Assembly: GCA_038883135.1 (NCBI GenBank)
Contig: JAVZMU010000002.1
Coordinates: 1-56,137, forward strand
DNA: 56,137 nucleotides
Reading direction: 5' to 3'
Origin: Nitrososphaerales archaeon
GTDB taxonomy: Archaea > Thermoproteota > Nitrososphaeria > Nitrososphaerales > JACAEJ01
Shown here: piece by piece, positions 29,547 through 38,220 of the stretch
Position numbering within the stretch: the stretch's first letter is position 1
Layout: every line of letters begins with the position of its first letter
Translations under genes and position numbers: made by a program
Notes under the pieces: generated by a model
What the model was told of the DNA's origin: nothing
What the model saw: only the letters and a program-made list of their open reading frames with translations
The model's database searches: none

Positions 29547-30584
29547 ATGAAGATTAGTATCAAAATTAGGCATGAAACTTTACCAATAATATTACCATTA
29601 ATCATTTTCATATTATTAAGCTATTTTGTTTATTCATCATTGCTTTATTCTTATGATAAAGATTTACTATATACAATAAACAGTATTTCTGGATCAGAGG
29701 CTTTAGATAATATCATGTTAATATTATCAGAATTTGGTGGGAGTTTATTTTGGCTCTTATTTATAATAGTTTTATGGGTTTATGGTGGATTTAAAGAAAA
29801 GAAATTTGCTATATATCTAACTATAACTATGATTATATCAGGAATATTAGGACTATTTTTGAAGGTTTTATTATATCGTCCAAGACCTTATGAATTATTG
29901 ATAGGCATAAAGCTAATTGAATTAGAAGAGCATGGTTCTTCCTTTCCTTCAGGTCATTCATTTAGGGCTTTTGCTGGTAGCATTTTAGCATTTAGAATTT
30001 ATGGAAGAATAGCATCTCCTTTATTGATCTTATCTTTGATCGTTGCCTTTTCAAGGATATACCTTGGTATTCATTATCCAACCGATACGATTGCAGGAGC
30101 ACTTTTAGGCTTAATTATTGCTAATTTAATATTTATATTCACAAAAAGACCATTTTTAATCGTAGATAAAATCAGCAATAAATGGATGAATTTTTCTAGA
30201 AAACCATGGAGAAAAATAATCTTTATTACATTATTTTGTATATTCTTATCAACCCTTTCTATCAATTTTATCCTTATTAAAGAAACTAGCCTTCTCAATC
30301 ACCAGTATATAATTTCTTATTTACCTATCATCTTAGACTTAAGAAACTTTTTCAATTATGGTTTAATTTTTCTTTGGCCTTTATCTGTATTTATCTACCC
30401 TCTTTTATCGCTATTTTTACAATTTATTAGCGCTATTTTGATGCTATCTTCTAGGAAAATAAAAAATGCTAGTTTATCAAATTTTATTTTAAGAACTGGC
30501 TTGCTCCTTTTCGTATTTAGCATCCTAATAATAGCATTAACCTTATGTACATTCATTTACCTTTTGTTAGATAGTATCTTGTAG
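29547..30584 (+). CDS. PAP2-family membrane phosphatase with an extra C-terminal multi-TM region
   Basis: The three PAP2 motifs are present: KVLLYRPRP, SFPSGHS and SRIYLGIHYPTD. About 145 additional hydrophobic residues follow the core. Confidence 0.8.
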   Translation: MKISIKIRHETLPIILPLIIFILLSYFVYSSLLYSYDKDLLYTINSISGSEALDNIMLILSEFGGSLFWLLFIIVLWVYGGFKEKKFAIYLTITMIISGILGLFLKVLLYRPRPYELLIGIKLIELEEHGSSFPSGHSFRAFAGSILAFRIYGRIASPLLILSLIVAFSRIYLGIHYPTDTIAGALLGLIIANLIFIFTKRPFLIVDKISNKWMNFSRKPWRKIIFITLFCIFLSTLSINFILIKETSLLNHQYIISYLPIILDLRNFFNYGLIFLWPLSVFIYPLLSLFLQFISAILMLSSRKIKNASLSNFILRTGLLLFVFSILIIALTLCTFIYLLLDSIL

Positions 30585-30651
30585 CATTTATGAACCTAAA
30601 TAAGAAGTCTTAAATTGGAGTCGATTTTATTATTAAATTTAAGCTTGACTA

Positions 30652-31326
30652 TTAAGCTGTCTCCGATACTTTTTCACTTATTACTTGAGTAAGAGATTTG
30701 GGAAGTTCAGGGAAGGTTTCCTTTACCCTTTGTTCAGCTACTATCGATGCTTCTGCAATTATCTTCTCAGCATCTTGATTTACAGCCTCAAAGTTTATCT
30801 GCTCTAAATCGGTTTGGCTAGCACTTGTTACAATCTCATTAAGAAGATTACTAATCTCTTCAATATTCTTCTCAGCTTCAGGAGCTACTTTTGAGAGATC
30901 GGATTCGATATTTCTTGCTGCGTAAATTGCAGGTTTTAATGTAATAACTATATCGCCTAAATCCTTTGCAGTATCAAGCCTCATCATTATCTGCTCTAAA
31001 GCAAGTTTAGCTTGAGTAACCATCTTGTCCATCTTTCTAACTTCAGCTAATTCATTTGCAAGTATAGAAGCATGTTGCATATCCTGTTTTTGAATAGCTA
31101 AAACAATTTTATTGAAAATCGTTAGACCCCTCTCCCTAAGCCTACTACAAGAAGAATCAAGCTTAGCAATCTGAATTTGAATTTGCTTTATTGTATGCTC
31201 TATTAAGGGCTTTATGAATTCCTTAGATTTGAAAGTATCCTTTACTTTATCCTTAAAATTTGTAGAGTAATTTCTTACCCACTTTTTCGTAAAGTCGGTC
31301 ATTTCTAGCCTTAGAAAATTAAACAT
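30652..31326 (-). CDS. ESCRT-III (Snf7/CdvB-like) family protein
   Basis: All-helical. IQIQIAKLDSSCSRLRERGLTIFNKIV..., AKLALEQIMMRLDTAKDLGDIVITLKPAIYAARNIESDLSKVAPEAE resembles the alpha1-alpha4 core of CdvB. Acidic tail. Confidence 0.55.
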   Translation of the reverse strand: MFNFLRLEMTDFTKKWVRNYSTNFKDKVKDTFKSKEFIKPLIEHTIKQIQIQIAKLDSSCSRLRERGLTIFNKIVLAIQKQDMQHASILANELAEVRKMDKMVTQAKLALEQIMMRLDTAKDLGDIVITLKPAIYAARNIESDLSKVAPEAEKNIEEISNLLNEIVTSASQTDLEQINFEAVNQDAEKIIAEASIVAEQRVKETFPELPKSLTQVISEKVSETA

Positions 31327-31407
31327 TCATTAACTTTATACATTTAGGATAAAGATAATTTACGAAAGGTAAAAATATTTTAGAGCTAAAACAAGGTTGA
31401 CTTATCA

Positions 31408-32043
31408 TTAGTACATCAATATAAGAACTATGATCCATAATGGTATGGCTACTATAGCCCAGATTACTTTATTCCAAATGAATACTTTATAACCATCCAT
31501 AGGCGGGAAGGGTATCATGTTGAAGGCTGCTAGAAAAAAGTTAATGAAAAATCCTATAAATCCTATCTTATATAAAAGCCCTTCATAAAAAGTAAGAATG
31601 AAGAATATTATGGCAAAAAGAAAGTTTGCAAGAGGACCTGATAAAGATATTATTCCATTCTCTCTATTAGTTATAAAAGAACCTAAACCAAATGAAGATG
31701 GTACAATATAAACTGCTCCCGGAGCTGCAAATACTACTCCTAAAAAAAGTGCGAAGAATAGTGCAAGTATTAATCCTAAGGGCCACATTCTAAACTCTGC
31801 TAAGCATCCATATCTTTGAGCTACGAATTTATGAGTTAACTCGTGCCCAATAAATCCAGCACCTATTGTTAATAAAGAGATCATGAATACTTCTAGGAAA
31901 GGCCATAGGTAATTGATATTGAAAGGTCTAGATATAGCTATGGAAAATGCTAATCCTATTACAAGCCATGAGATTATTAAATGTTTAACCTCTATCAAGC
32001 TAAAAGCTCTTCTTCTCCCGAAAGTCATTTCAATCAAATCCAT
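31408..32043 (-). CDS. M50-family site-2 metalloprotease (membrane-embedded)
   Basis: HELTHKFVAQRYG (HExxH) in a TM helix and NMIPFPPMDGYKV (LDG-type motif). Polytopic membrane protein. Confidence 0.85.
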   Translation of the reverse strand: MDLIEMTFGRRRAFSLIEVKHLIISWLVIGLAFSIAISRPFNINYLWPFLEVFMISLLTIGAGFIGHELTHKFVAQRYGCLAEFRMWPLGLILALFFALFLGVVFAAPGAVYIVPSSFGLGSFITNRENGIISLSGPLANFLFAIIFFILTFYEGLLYKIGFIGFFINFFLAAFNMIPFPPMDGYKVFIWNKVIWAIVAIPLWIIVLILMY

Positions 32044-32066
32044 TCTTATAATGGATTAAGCTCTTT

Positions 32067-33614
32067 TTAGCTTTTAATAGCGAACAGAGGGGTATCAAAC
32101 TTTTTCAACACCTTAGGAATTTTCTTTATAACATCAGTTGCAACTATATGATAACCTTTATCTTTTACTGCTAAATCTCCAGCAAATCCAGATACAAAAG
32201 CAGCAGCACAAGCAGCTCTAAAGGGTTTTACTCCCCAAGCCAATAAAGTTGCAGCTATTCCTGATAATACATCTCCAGTACCACCAACTGTCATTCCAGG
32301 ATTTCCTGTCAAATTTATTTTATAATGATCTCCATCAGATATTATATCTTCATGGGCTTTTAAAAGTATAGTCAAACCCATTCTCTTTGCTTCTCTCTTA
32401 ACTTGATCTATCCTATCCCTAAGCTTTTCTGGAGGTGCTATTTTGCTATGAGTTACGATCTCAAATTCTCCTGCATGAGGTGTTATTATTACTGGATAAT
32501 TTTTTAAGCATGTAGGTTCTTCCGAGAGAGCTTTCAGAGCGTCTGCATCTATTACCATTGGCTTATCCTTTTCTAATTCTTTCATAAAGCTCAGAATAGC
32601 AGTCTTTGTCTCTTCTTCTAACCCAAGCCCCGGACCTATTAGCACGCTTGTGCACCTCTCTGCTAAACTCTTTAATTCTGGAATATCTTCTACTGTTAGA
32701 TAATCATCCTTAAGTCTTCTTACTATAAGGTTTGGAGAGAAAGATCTTATTACATCGGCAACACTCTTTGGTGTTGCTATTATAGCTATATCTACTCCAG
32801 TACGGAGTGCAGCTAAAGCAGCTAATGTTGGTGCTCCAGAGTATTCCCTACTACCCCCTACTATTAATAAGCGTCCAAAGTCCCCTTTCTTCGAGTATTT
32901 ATCCCTTGGCTTCATGGAATAGCGTACATCACCAGGACCTGTTAATATTTCAGCTTCAGGAGGCATTCCTATTGGAGCAATTACGATATTACCAGTTATC
33001 TCCTTTTTATCAATTAGTCCTGATTTCATCTTATGTAAAGTTACTGTAATATCTGCTTTCACAGATTTATCATGGATATCCCCAGTTAGAGGATCTAATC
33101 CCGATGGCACATCAATAGCTATCTTGAATCCTCTCGCTGAATTTATTATATCTATTGCTGATGAAAAAGGCTCTCTTATTTTGCCTTTTATACCTGTGCC
33201 AAATATAGCATCAATTATTATATCTGCATCTTCTATTTCACTTCTCAAGTTCATTAAAGATTGAACATCAGAAGCTTGAGCATATCTAACATTAAGAAAC
33301 ATCTTTTCTATAATTTGCCAATTCTTTGATGCTTCTTCAGTCTTAATTTCTTCAGCTCTTCCTAATAAGATAATCATTACATCTGCTTGACCAGCAAGAT
33401 GTCTTGCACATGCTAAACCATCCCCTCCATTATTCCCAGTTCCAGCTACAATCACAACTTTACTTTTTTGATTTTTCTTCAACCTTTCTTTTACAACATC
33501 TGCTATAGCCCTTCCTGCATTCTCCATTAAGAGCAATCTAGGAACTCCTAGATACTCTGAATTCTCATCTGCTATAGCCATCTCTTCTGGCGTTATAGTA
33601 CTCATACTAACCAA
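32067..33614 (-). CDS. nnr: Bifunctional NAD(P)H-hydrate repair enzyme Nnr (epimerase + ADP-dependent dehydratase)
   Basis: YjeF-N (AGTGNNGGDGL) plus a YjeF-C carbohydrate-kinase-like domain (GGTGDVLSG). Confidence 0.9.
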   Translation of the reverse strand: MVSMSTITPEEMAIADENSEYLGVPRLLLMENAGRAIADVVKERLKKNQKSKVVIVAGTGNNGGDGLACARHLAGQADVMIILLGRAEEIKTEEASKNWQIIEKMFLNVRYAQASDVQSLMNLRSEIEDADIIIDAIFGTGIKGKIREPFSSAIDIINSARGFKIAIDVPSGLDPLTGDIHDKSVKADITVTLHKMKSGLIDKKEITGNIVIAPIGMPPEAEILTGPGDVRYSMKPRDKYSKKGDFGRLLIVGGSREYSGAPTLAALAALRTGVDIAIIATPKSVADVIRSFSPNLIVRRLKDDYLTVEDIPELKSLAERCTSVLIGPGLGLEEETKTAILSFMKELEKDKPMVIDADALKALSEEPTCLKNYPVIITPHAGEFEIVTHSKIAPPEKLRDRIDQVKREAKRMGLTILLKAHEDIISDGDHYKINLTGNPGMTVGGTGDVLSGIAATLLAWGVKPFRAACAAAFVSGFAGDLAVKDKGYHIVATDVIKKIPKVLKKFDTPLFAIKS

Positions 33615-34235
33615 TTAATGGATCAGAACTAAATTAACATTTAGCTTTAGATTTCTTTTAGAGCGTTTTTCTTTGAGAACATTAAGTCCCCTTGTAGTTT
33701 AATTAATACCTTTAAGCGTTAATCTTCCTAAAATAAGCAAATCTTTTATTATGGTATTATGGGATACTCAAATATATTTTTGTCATATAGGATAATGATA
33801 AAGTTCCCATTCATAAACCTTAGAGTAAGTGAATCTTAGACTCATGTTTTCTGCTCCAAAATATAATCTTCTCTACATAGCAACTTTATTAAAGCAATCT
33901 AGTTTGAAAAGAGGACGAGACTTCCTGGTTTTCAATATTATCTAGCTTAGAAAGATTAGCGATTATAGCTGAAAAGGTTAAAGAATTAATCCAAATATTA
34001 AAATTACTTAGAATTATCACCATGCTAAAAGAATCCTAAAGGTTCCTTTAAGCGAGATATACAGCGTGATTAATTACTTCTAAAATTTTGAGAATATTAA
34101 AAGACGAATATAAACTTAGAATTGCGTCTAATTAAGCAATTTTCTAAAGCATGGATTCAGCCTTTCAGAAGAAAGAAAGCCATAGTTTAAAAGAACTTTT
34201 AAATCTATGTTGCTTAAAAATACTGTTAAATCATT

Positions 34236-34832
34236 ATGAACGAATATAAGGCAAGAAACATAATAGAAAATGCATCTCTATGCTTCGATGGGATGGCTAG
34301 AGCTCTAGAGAAAGCTATTATTGAAGAATATTGTTCCAAATGTTTAAGATCTAAAGGAAAAGAAGGCTGTGAACTTCTTCCACGTGAAACTGTTTTTGCA
34401 TTATTTAATGGTATCTGGAATGGATTAGTATCATGGGCTTCTAATAGTTCATTATCTTTAGAACAATGGTGGCCAGCTTTAGTATGTTTTGTCTGTCAGA
34501 TCACAGAAAGAAAGCCTATCATAAGAATGTCGAGTAAAGAGTGCATGAAACCTACTATAGAGGAAGGTGATCTACTGCTTATTAAAAGGTCTTTTGATCC
34601 TCCTACTATAAATGTTGGTGATATAGCTGTATTGAGAGCAGGTCCAGGAGAGTGTCATATAAGAAGGATAGTCGAGACTGTTGAGAAAGAAGGTTTAATC
34701 TACGTTAGAACGAAAGGTGACTTTGAACTAACTCCTGATAAGGAGCTTACATCAGCTGAGAGGATCTGTGGTATAGTTGTTCAAATAATTAAAAAAGATA
34801 CAGAATTATGGAAAAAGTTAATGGATAAGTAA
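34236..34832 (+). CDS. Multi-Cys N-domain fused to a signal-peptidase/LexA-fold (clan SF) domain with Cys at the nucleophile position, paralog 1
   Basis: KECMKPTIEEGDLLLIKR aligns with the SMEPT..GD box of S26/S24 peptidases, with Ser replaced by Cys. VGDIAVL...CHIRRIVE fits the Sec11-type xxVHRV box, and TKGDFELTPD..ERICGIVV fits the KGDNN..D..IxG box. The N-domain has C16-x16-C33-x2-C36-x8-C45 and C84-x2-C87. Confidence 0.55.
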   Translation: MNEYKARNIIENASLCFDGMARALEKAIIEEYCSKCLRSKGKEGCELLPRETVFALFNGIWNGLVSWASNSSLSLEQWWPALVCFVCQITERKPIIRMSSKECMKPTIEEGDLLLIKRSFDPPTINVGDIAVLRAGPGECHIRRIVETVEKEGLIYVRTKGDFELTPDKELTSAERICGIVVQIIKKDTELWKKLMDK

Positions 34833-34838
34833 TTCAAA

Positions 34839-35453
34839 ATGTCCCAAGAGAATAATATACAAAACATAATCATGAGATACTTAGCAATATGCCAAAGAGC
34901 ACTTAAAGATTTATTAAGTTCCATTCTAGAAATTATTAAAGAAAACTGCTCTGATTGTGATATGAGAAAGGATTGTCCACCATTTTTTATTTATGCTGAA
35001 GCATATAGAATCATGCTTATGTTCCTCTTAGAGTTTATTACTCATGCTGTTGATAACAAATCAGCAAAAGATGAAAAGATCTTTGCATTAATTAAATGTG
35101 AGATGTGCAGACAAGTAACTGAAACGAATTCTTTCCTATTCGCTATGGAAAAGTGTATGGAACCTTTAATTAATGAAGGAGACTTACTGATAGTAAAACG
35201 TAAGTTACCAATGGATGAATTAAAAGAAGGGGATTTAATAGTTTATCCAAGCTTCAGATGGTTACAAAGCGGAAAAATTCCTGTTTGTGTTGTTCACAAA
35301 ATAATGAGAATAGAAGGTAATCGCTTCGTTTTAACAGATACTAGCGGGCATGTGGAGAGTGTTGAGAAACATCTTGTTTGTGGAAAGGTTGTTAAAACAA
35401 TAAAAAAAGGTAGTAATCTTTGGAAAGAATTTTCACAAGTAATTTTAATGTGA
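34839..35453 (+). CDS. Multi-Cys N-domain fused to a signal-peptidase/LexA-fold domain with Cys at the nucleophile position, paralog 2 (more diverged)
   Basis: Same architecture 6 nt downstream: C18-x18-C37-x2-C40-x5-C46, C87-x2-C90, EKCMEPLINEGDLLIVKR, GDLIVY and CVVHKIMRIEG. The KGD box has degenerated to LTDTSGH. Confidence 0.55.
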   Translation: MSQENNIQNIIMRYLAICQRALKDLLSSILEIIKENCSDCDMRKDCPPFFIYAEAYRIMLMFLLEFITHAVDNKSAKDEKIFALIKCEMCRQVTETNSFLFAMEKCMEPLINEGDLLIVKRKLPMDELKEGDLIVYPSFRWLQSGKIPVCVVHKIMRIEGNRFVLTDTSGHVESVEKHLVCGKVVKTIKKGSNLWKEFSQVILM

Positions 35454-35456
35454 TTT

Positions 35457-36221
35457 TTATATTGTGAACCATATGTAGATTGATAAATAAAGCACTATAA
35501 GGCTGAAGATAAATGAATAAGTTAACTTAACTCCTTTAGATATATTCAAGCCTCCTGCAAGAAGTATAGCACTCCAAATTTGCATAGGGACAAGAATCAC
35601 ATTTGAGAATTGAAAATTAGAAATATAAGAGTAAATGTGAAGAGGTATAAAACTTAAAGCTATAGCAGTAAAAAGCTCTAACTCTCCTCCAATCTTTACT
35701 TCTGTTGTAATGAATGAGAATAACTCAGTAAGAATGGAAGTTAATAACCATCCAGTTACAATGGTTGATAACACAGGATCGATTATCTCTTTACTTGGTA
35801 CTGATAGTAGAAACTGATTTGAACTCGAGTATAGGTTTGCGATTGAACCAAAAGTTAAGGCTAATATTATTGTGATAATGCAACTCTGCTTTGATTGTGT
35901 TACAAGCTTAAAGATAGGTGCAAGAGTTATGATAGAAAGAGATTTTGCAGCAAGGTTTATCTCCTCTTTTACCAAAGTTTTCATACCCATCTTTTCTAAT
36001 AAGCGCCTACCTTTTTCAGTCAGACTATATTTCCTATTAGAATCTCTAGCTACATAATCCTTCAAGTAGTAAAGATGATAATAAATCGAGCCTGTGCTTA
36101 ATCCTGTCTCACGTTTTATTTCTGTGAAGCTTACGCTCCCCTTCTCCCCAATTATTTCAAGAATTCTAACCCTTGCGGGACTATTTGTTATGTCGGAGAG
36201 CTTATCATCCTTCAATGGCAC
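35457..36221 (-). CDS. Membrane-tethered ArsR-like winged-helix regulator (N-terminal wHTH plus about 5 TM helices)
   Basis: ARVRILEIIGEKGSVSFTEIKRETGLSTGSIYYHLYYLKDYVARD..KYSLTEKGRRLL, followed by hydrophobic helices to the C-terminus. GTG start. Confidence 0.7.
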   Translation of the reverse strand: MPLKDDKLSDITNSPARVRILEIIGEKGSVSFTEIKRETGLSTGSIYYHLYYLKDYVARDSNRKYSLTEKGRRLLEKMGMKTLVKEEINLAAKSLSIITLAPIFKLVTQSKQSCIITIILALTFGSIANLYSSSNQFLLSVPSKEIIDPVLSTIVTGWLLTSILTELFSFITTEVKIGGELELFTAIALSFIPLHIYSYISNFQFSNVILVPMQIWSAILLAGGLNISKGVKLTYSFIFSLIVLYLSIYIWFTI

Positions 36222-36300
36222 TCTTTCTTTAAAACCTTTTTAAAGTAAAAGTATTTATTTTATACGATATACGACTTTGTTCATAATAGGTTAAAGTCCC

Positions 36301-36765
36301 TTGCCTGAATTCAAATATAGCTTCATAGGCTACGACCCGCTCACACAAGTTAGAGCTAGCGGGAGAGAGGTAGATGTATCCCCAAAAAAGGCTAGAGAAA
36401 TCTGTGCTCTAATAAAAGGCATGAGCTTATCTAAAGCTAAAAAGTTCTTAGAAGATGTTATAAACAAGAAGCAAGTAGTACCTTTTAGAAGGTACAAGAA
36501 AGAAGTACCACATAAAAGTTCTCAATTTAAATTTTATGCAGGAGGCTATCCTGTAAAGGCTGCAGAAGAAATACTTAAAGTCGTTAAGAATCTTGAGGCT
36601 AATGCAGAATTTAAGGGGTTAGATACTGAAAAGCTGATTATAATTCATGCTGCAGTTATGAAGGGAGTGAAAATTAAAAGGTACATACCTAGAGCTTATG
36701 GTCGTTCTTCACCAAAATTCAATACTTTAGTGCATATAGAACTAGTAGGAAAGGAGGCTTTATGA
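36301..36765 (+). CDS. rpl22: Ribosomal protein uL22
   Basis: VRASGREVDVSPKKAREICALIKGMSLSKAKKFLEDV. TTG start. Confidence 0.92.
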   Translation: MPEFKYSFIGYDPLTQVRASGREVDVSPKKAREICALIKGMSLSKAKKFLEDVINKKQVVPFRRYKKEVPHKSSQFKFYAGGYPVKAAEEILKVVKNLEANAEFKGLDTEKLIIIHAAVMKGVKIKRYIPRAYGRSSPKFNTLVHIELVGKEAL

Positions 36766-37412
36766 TGTCAGCAATAAAAAATATTATGAAGAATTATGCC
36801 AAAAATGCTGAGCTAGATGAATTTCTACAAAAAGAATTGGCTAATGCAGGATATGGAGGAGTAGATGTTTTTAAAACGCCTATAGGGACAAGGATAACAA
36901 TTTTTGTTACAAGACCTGGTCTAGTTATAGGGAGGCGTGGCATGGGAATTAAAGACCTTTCCTCTTTAATAGAGAAAAAATTTGGCTTCCCTAATCCTCA
37001 AATCTCAGTTTTAGAAGTAGAGGTTCCAGAGCTCAACCCTATGGTCATGGCTAATAGAATAGCTCAAAACATTGTTAGAGGAGGAGCCTTCAGAAAGTCG
37101 GCTCTTTGGGCTTTAAACTCCATAATGAGTGCTGGTGCAATGGGTGCGGAGATAATTATTTCTGGAAAGATAAGGAGTGAGAGAGCGCATTATGAAAAGT
37201 ATAGAGCTGGAGTTGTCCCTAAGAGCGGGGATCCTGCATTAAAGGTTGTTAGAGAGGCTACAACTCATGTACTACTCAAAATGGGACTTTATGGGATAAA
37301 GGTAAGAATTGCTTTAAAAGATGTTTTACCTCCTGAAGTTGAAATAATAGAAAAGAAGCTTGAAGAAAGTACTCAAAAGGAGGAAAAAGTTAATGCCGAA
37401 ACTAAAGATTGA
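36762..37412 (+). CDS. rps3: Ribosomal protein uS3
   Basis: KH domain TPIGTRITIFVTRPGLVIGRRGMGIKDL. Follows rpl22 with a 4-nt overlap. Confidence 0.93.
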   Translation: MMSAIKNIMKNYAKNAELDEFLQKELANAGYGGVDVFKTPIGTRITIFVTRPGLVIGRRGMGIKDLSSLIEKKFGFPNPQISVLEVEVPELNPMVMANRIAQNIVRGGAFRKSALWALNSIMSAGAMGAEIIISGKIRSERAHYEKYRAGVVPKSGDPALKVVREATTHVLLKMGLYGIKVRIALKDVLPPEVEIIEKKLEESTQKEEKVNAETKD

Positions 37413-37590
37413 TGAGTTAAGAAAACTAAAGGATGAAGAGCTTAAAGAAAAGCTTTTTGAATTAAAAGCTGAATTGATAAAGTTAAAGAATGCAGCAAAA
37501 AGAGGTACTTTAGGAAAAGAGACAGGAAAGATTCGAGCTATAAGAAAAAACATAGCAAGAATTCTTACTATAATTAATGAGAGAAAGTAA
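37393..37590 (+). CDS. rpl29: Ribosomal protein uL29
   Basis: MPKLKIDELRKLKDEELKEKLFELKAELIKLK. I prefer ATG at 37393 (Met12 of the track ORF). Confidence 0.9.
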   Translation: MPKLKIDELRKLKDEELKEKLFELKAELIKLKNAAKRGTLGKETGKIRAIRKNIARILTIINERK

Positions 37591-37617
37591 GATTTTGAAA
37601 AGAATACTAAGTTTATT

Positions 37618-38214
37618 TTATCTTGATGCCATAGCTATTCTCTCTTGTTCATTCTTCTTCTTTATAGCGTAACTATTCACATCCTTATTTGCAGCCATTA
37701 TTATCTCATCTGCTAAAGCCTCTTCTATTGTTTTTGGATTAGAGAAACTAGCTTCTCTCGCTCCTTCTGTTATGAACCTTAAAGCAAGATCTAACCTTCT
37801 CAATGGAGATATATCTACTGAGATATGATATACTACACCACCATAGCTTATTCTCGTTGTATCTTCGTTTGGAGAAGCGTTCTCTACAGCACGAACAAGA
37901 TACTCTATAGGGTTACCGCCGGTCTTTAAGTGAATTATATCAAAGGCAGTCTTTACTATGTTTATGGCTCTTGCCTTTTTCCCTCCCATCCTACCTGTAT
38001 TTTTAGCATATTTTCTACCGAAGTGCATAAGATTGTTAACTAAGCGTTCTACTATGTTCACTTCAGCCTTTGCAAACTTACGATGCTCATGTCTTCCCAT
38101 TGATGTAGGCACAATTATAGGTTTAAGAGAGATTACTCTCTCTAAGCCCTTATCCTTAACCTTAACTTCACTAAAATCCCATTTTCTAAATAGTAATAGC
38201 TTCTCCATAGCCAT
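37618..38214 (-). CDS. rps7: Ribosomal protein uS7
   Basis: Archaeal S7 sequence ([13 protein letters not shown]...[17 protein letters not shown]), downstream of rps12. Confidence 0.93.
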   Translation of the reverse strand: MAMEKLLLFRKWDFSEVKVKDKGLERVISLKPIIVPTSMGRHEHRKFAKAEVNIVERLVNNLMHFGRKYAKNTGRMGGKKARAINIVKTAFDIIHLKTGGNPIEYLVRAVENASPNEDTTRISYGGVVYHISVDISPLRRLDLALRFITEGAREASFSNPKTIEEALADEIIMAANKDVNSYAIKKKNEQERIAMASR

Positions 38215-38220
38215 TTTTTC

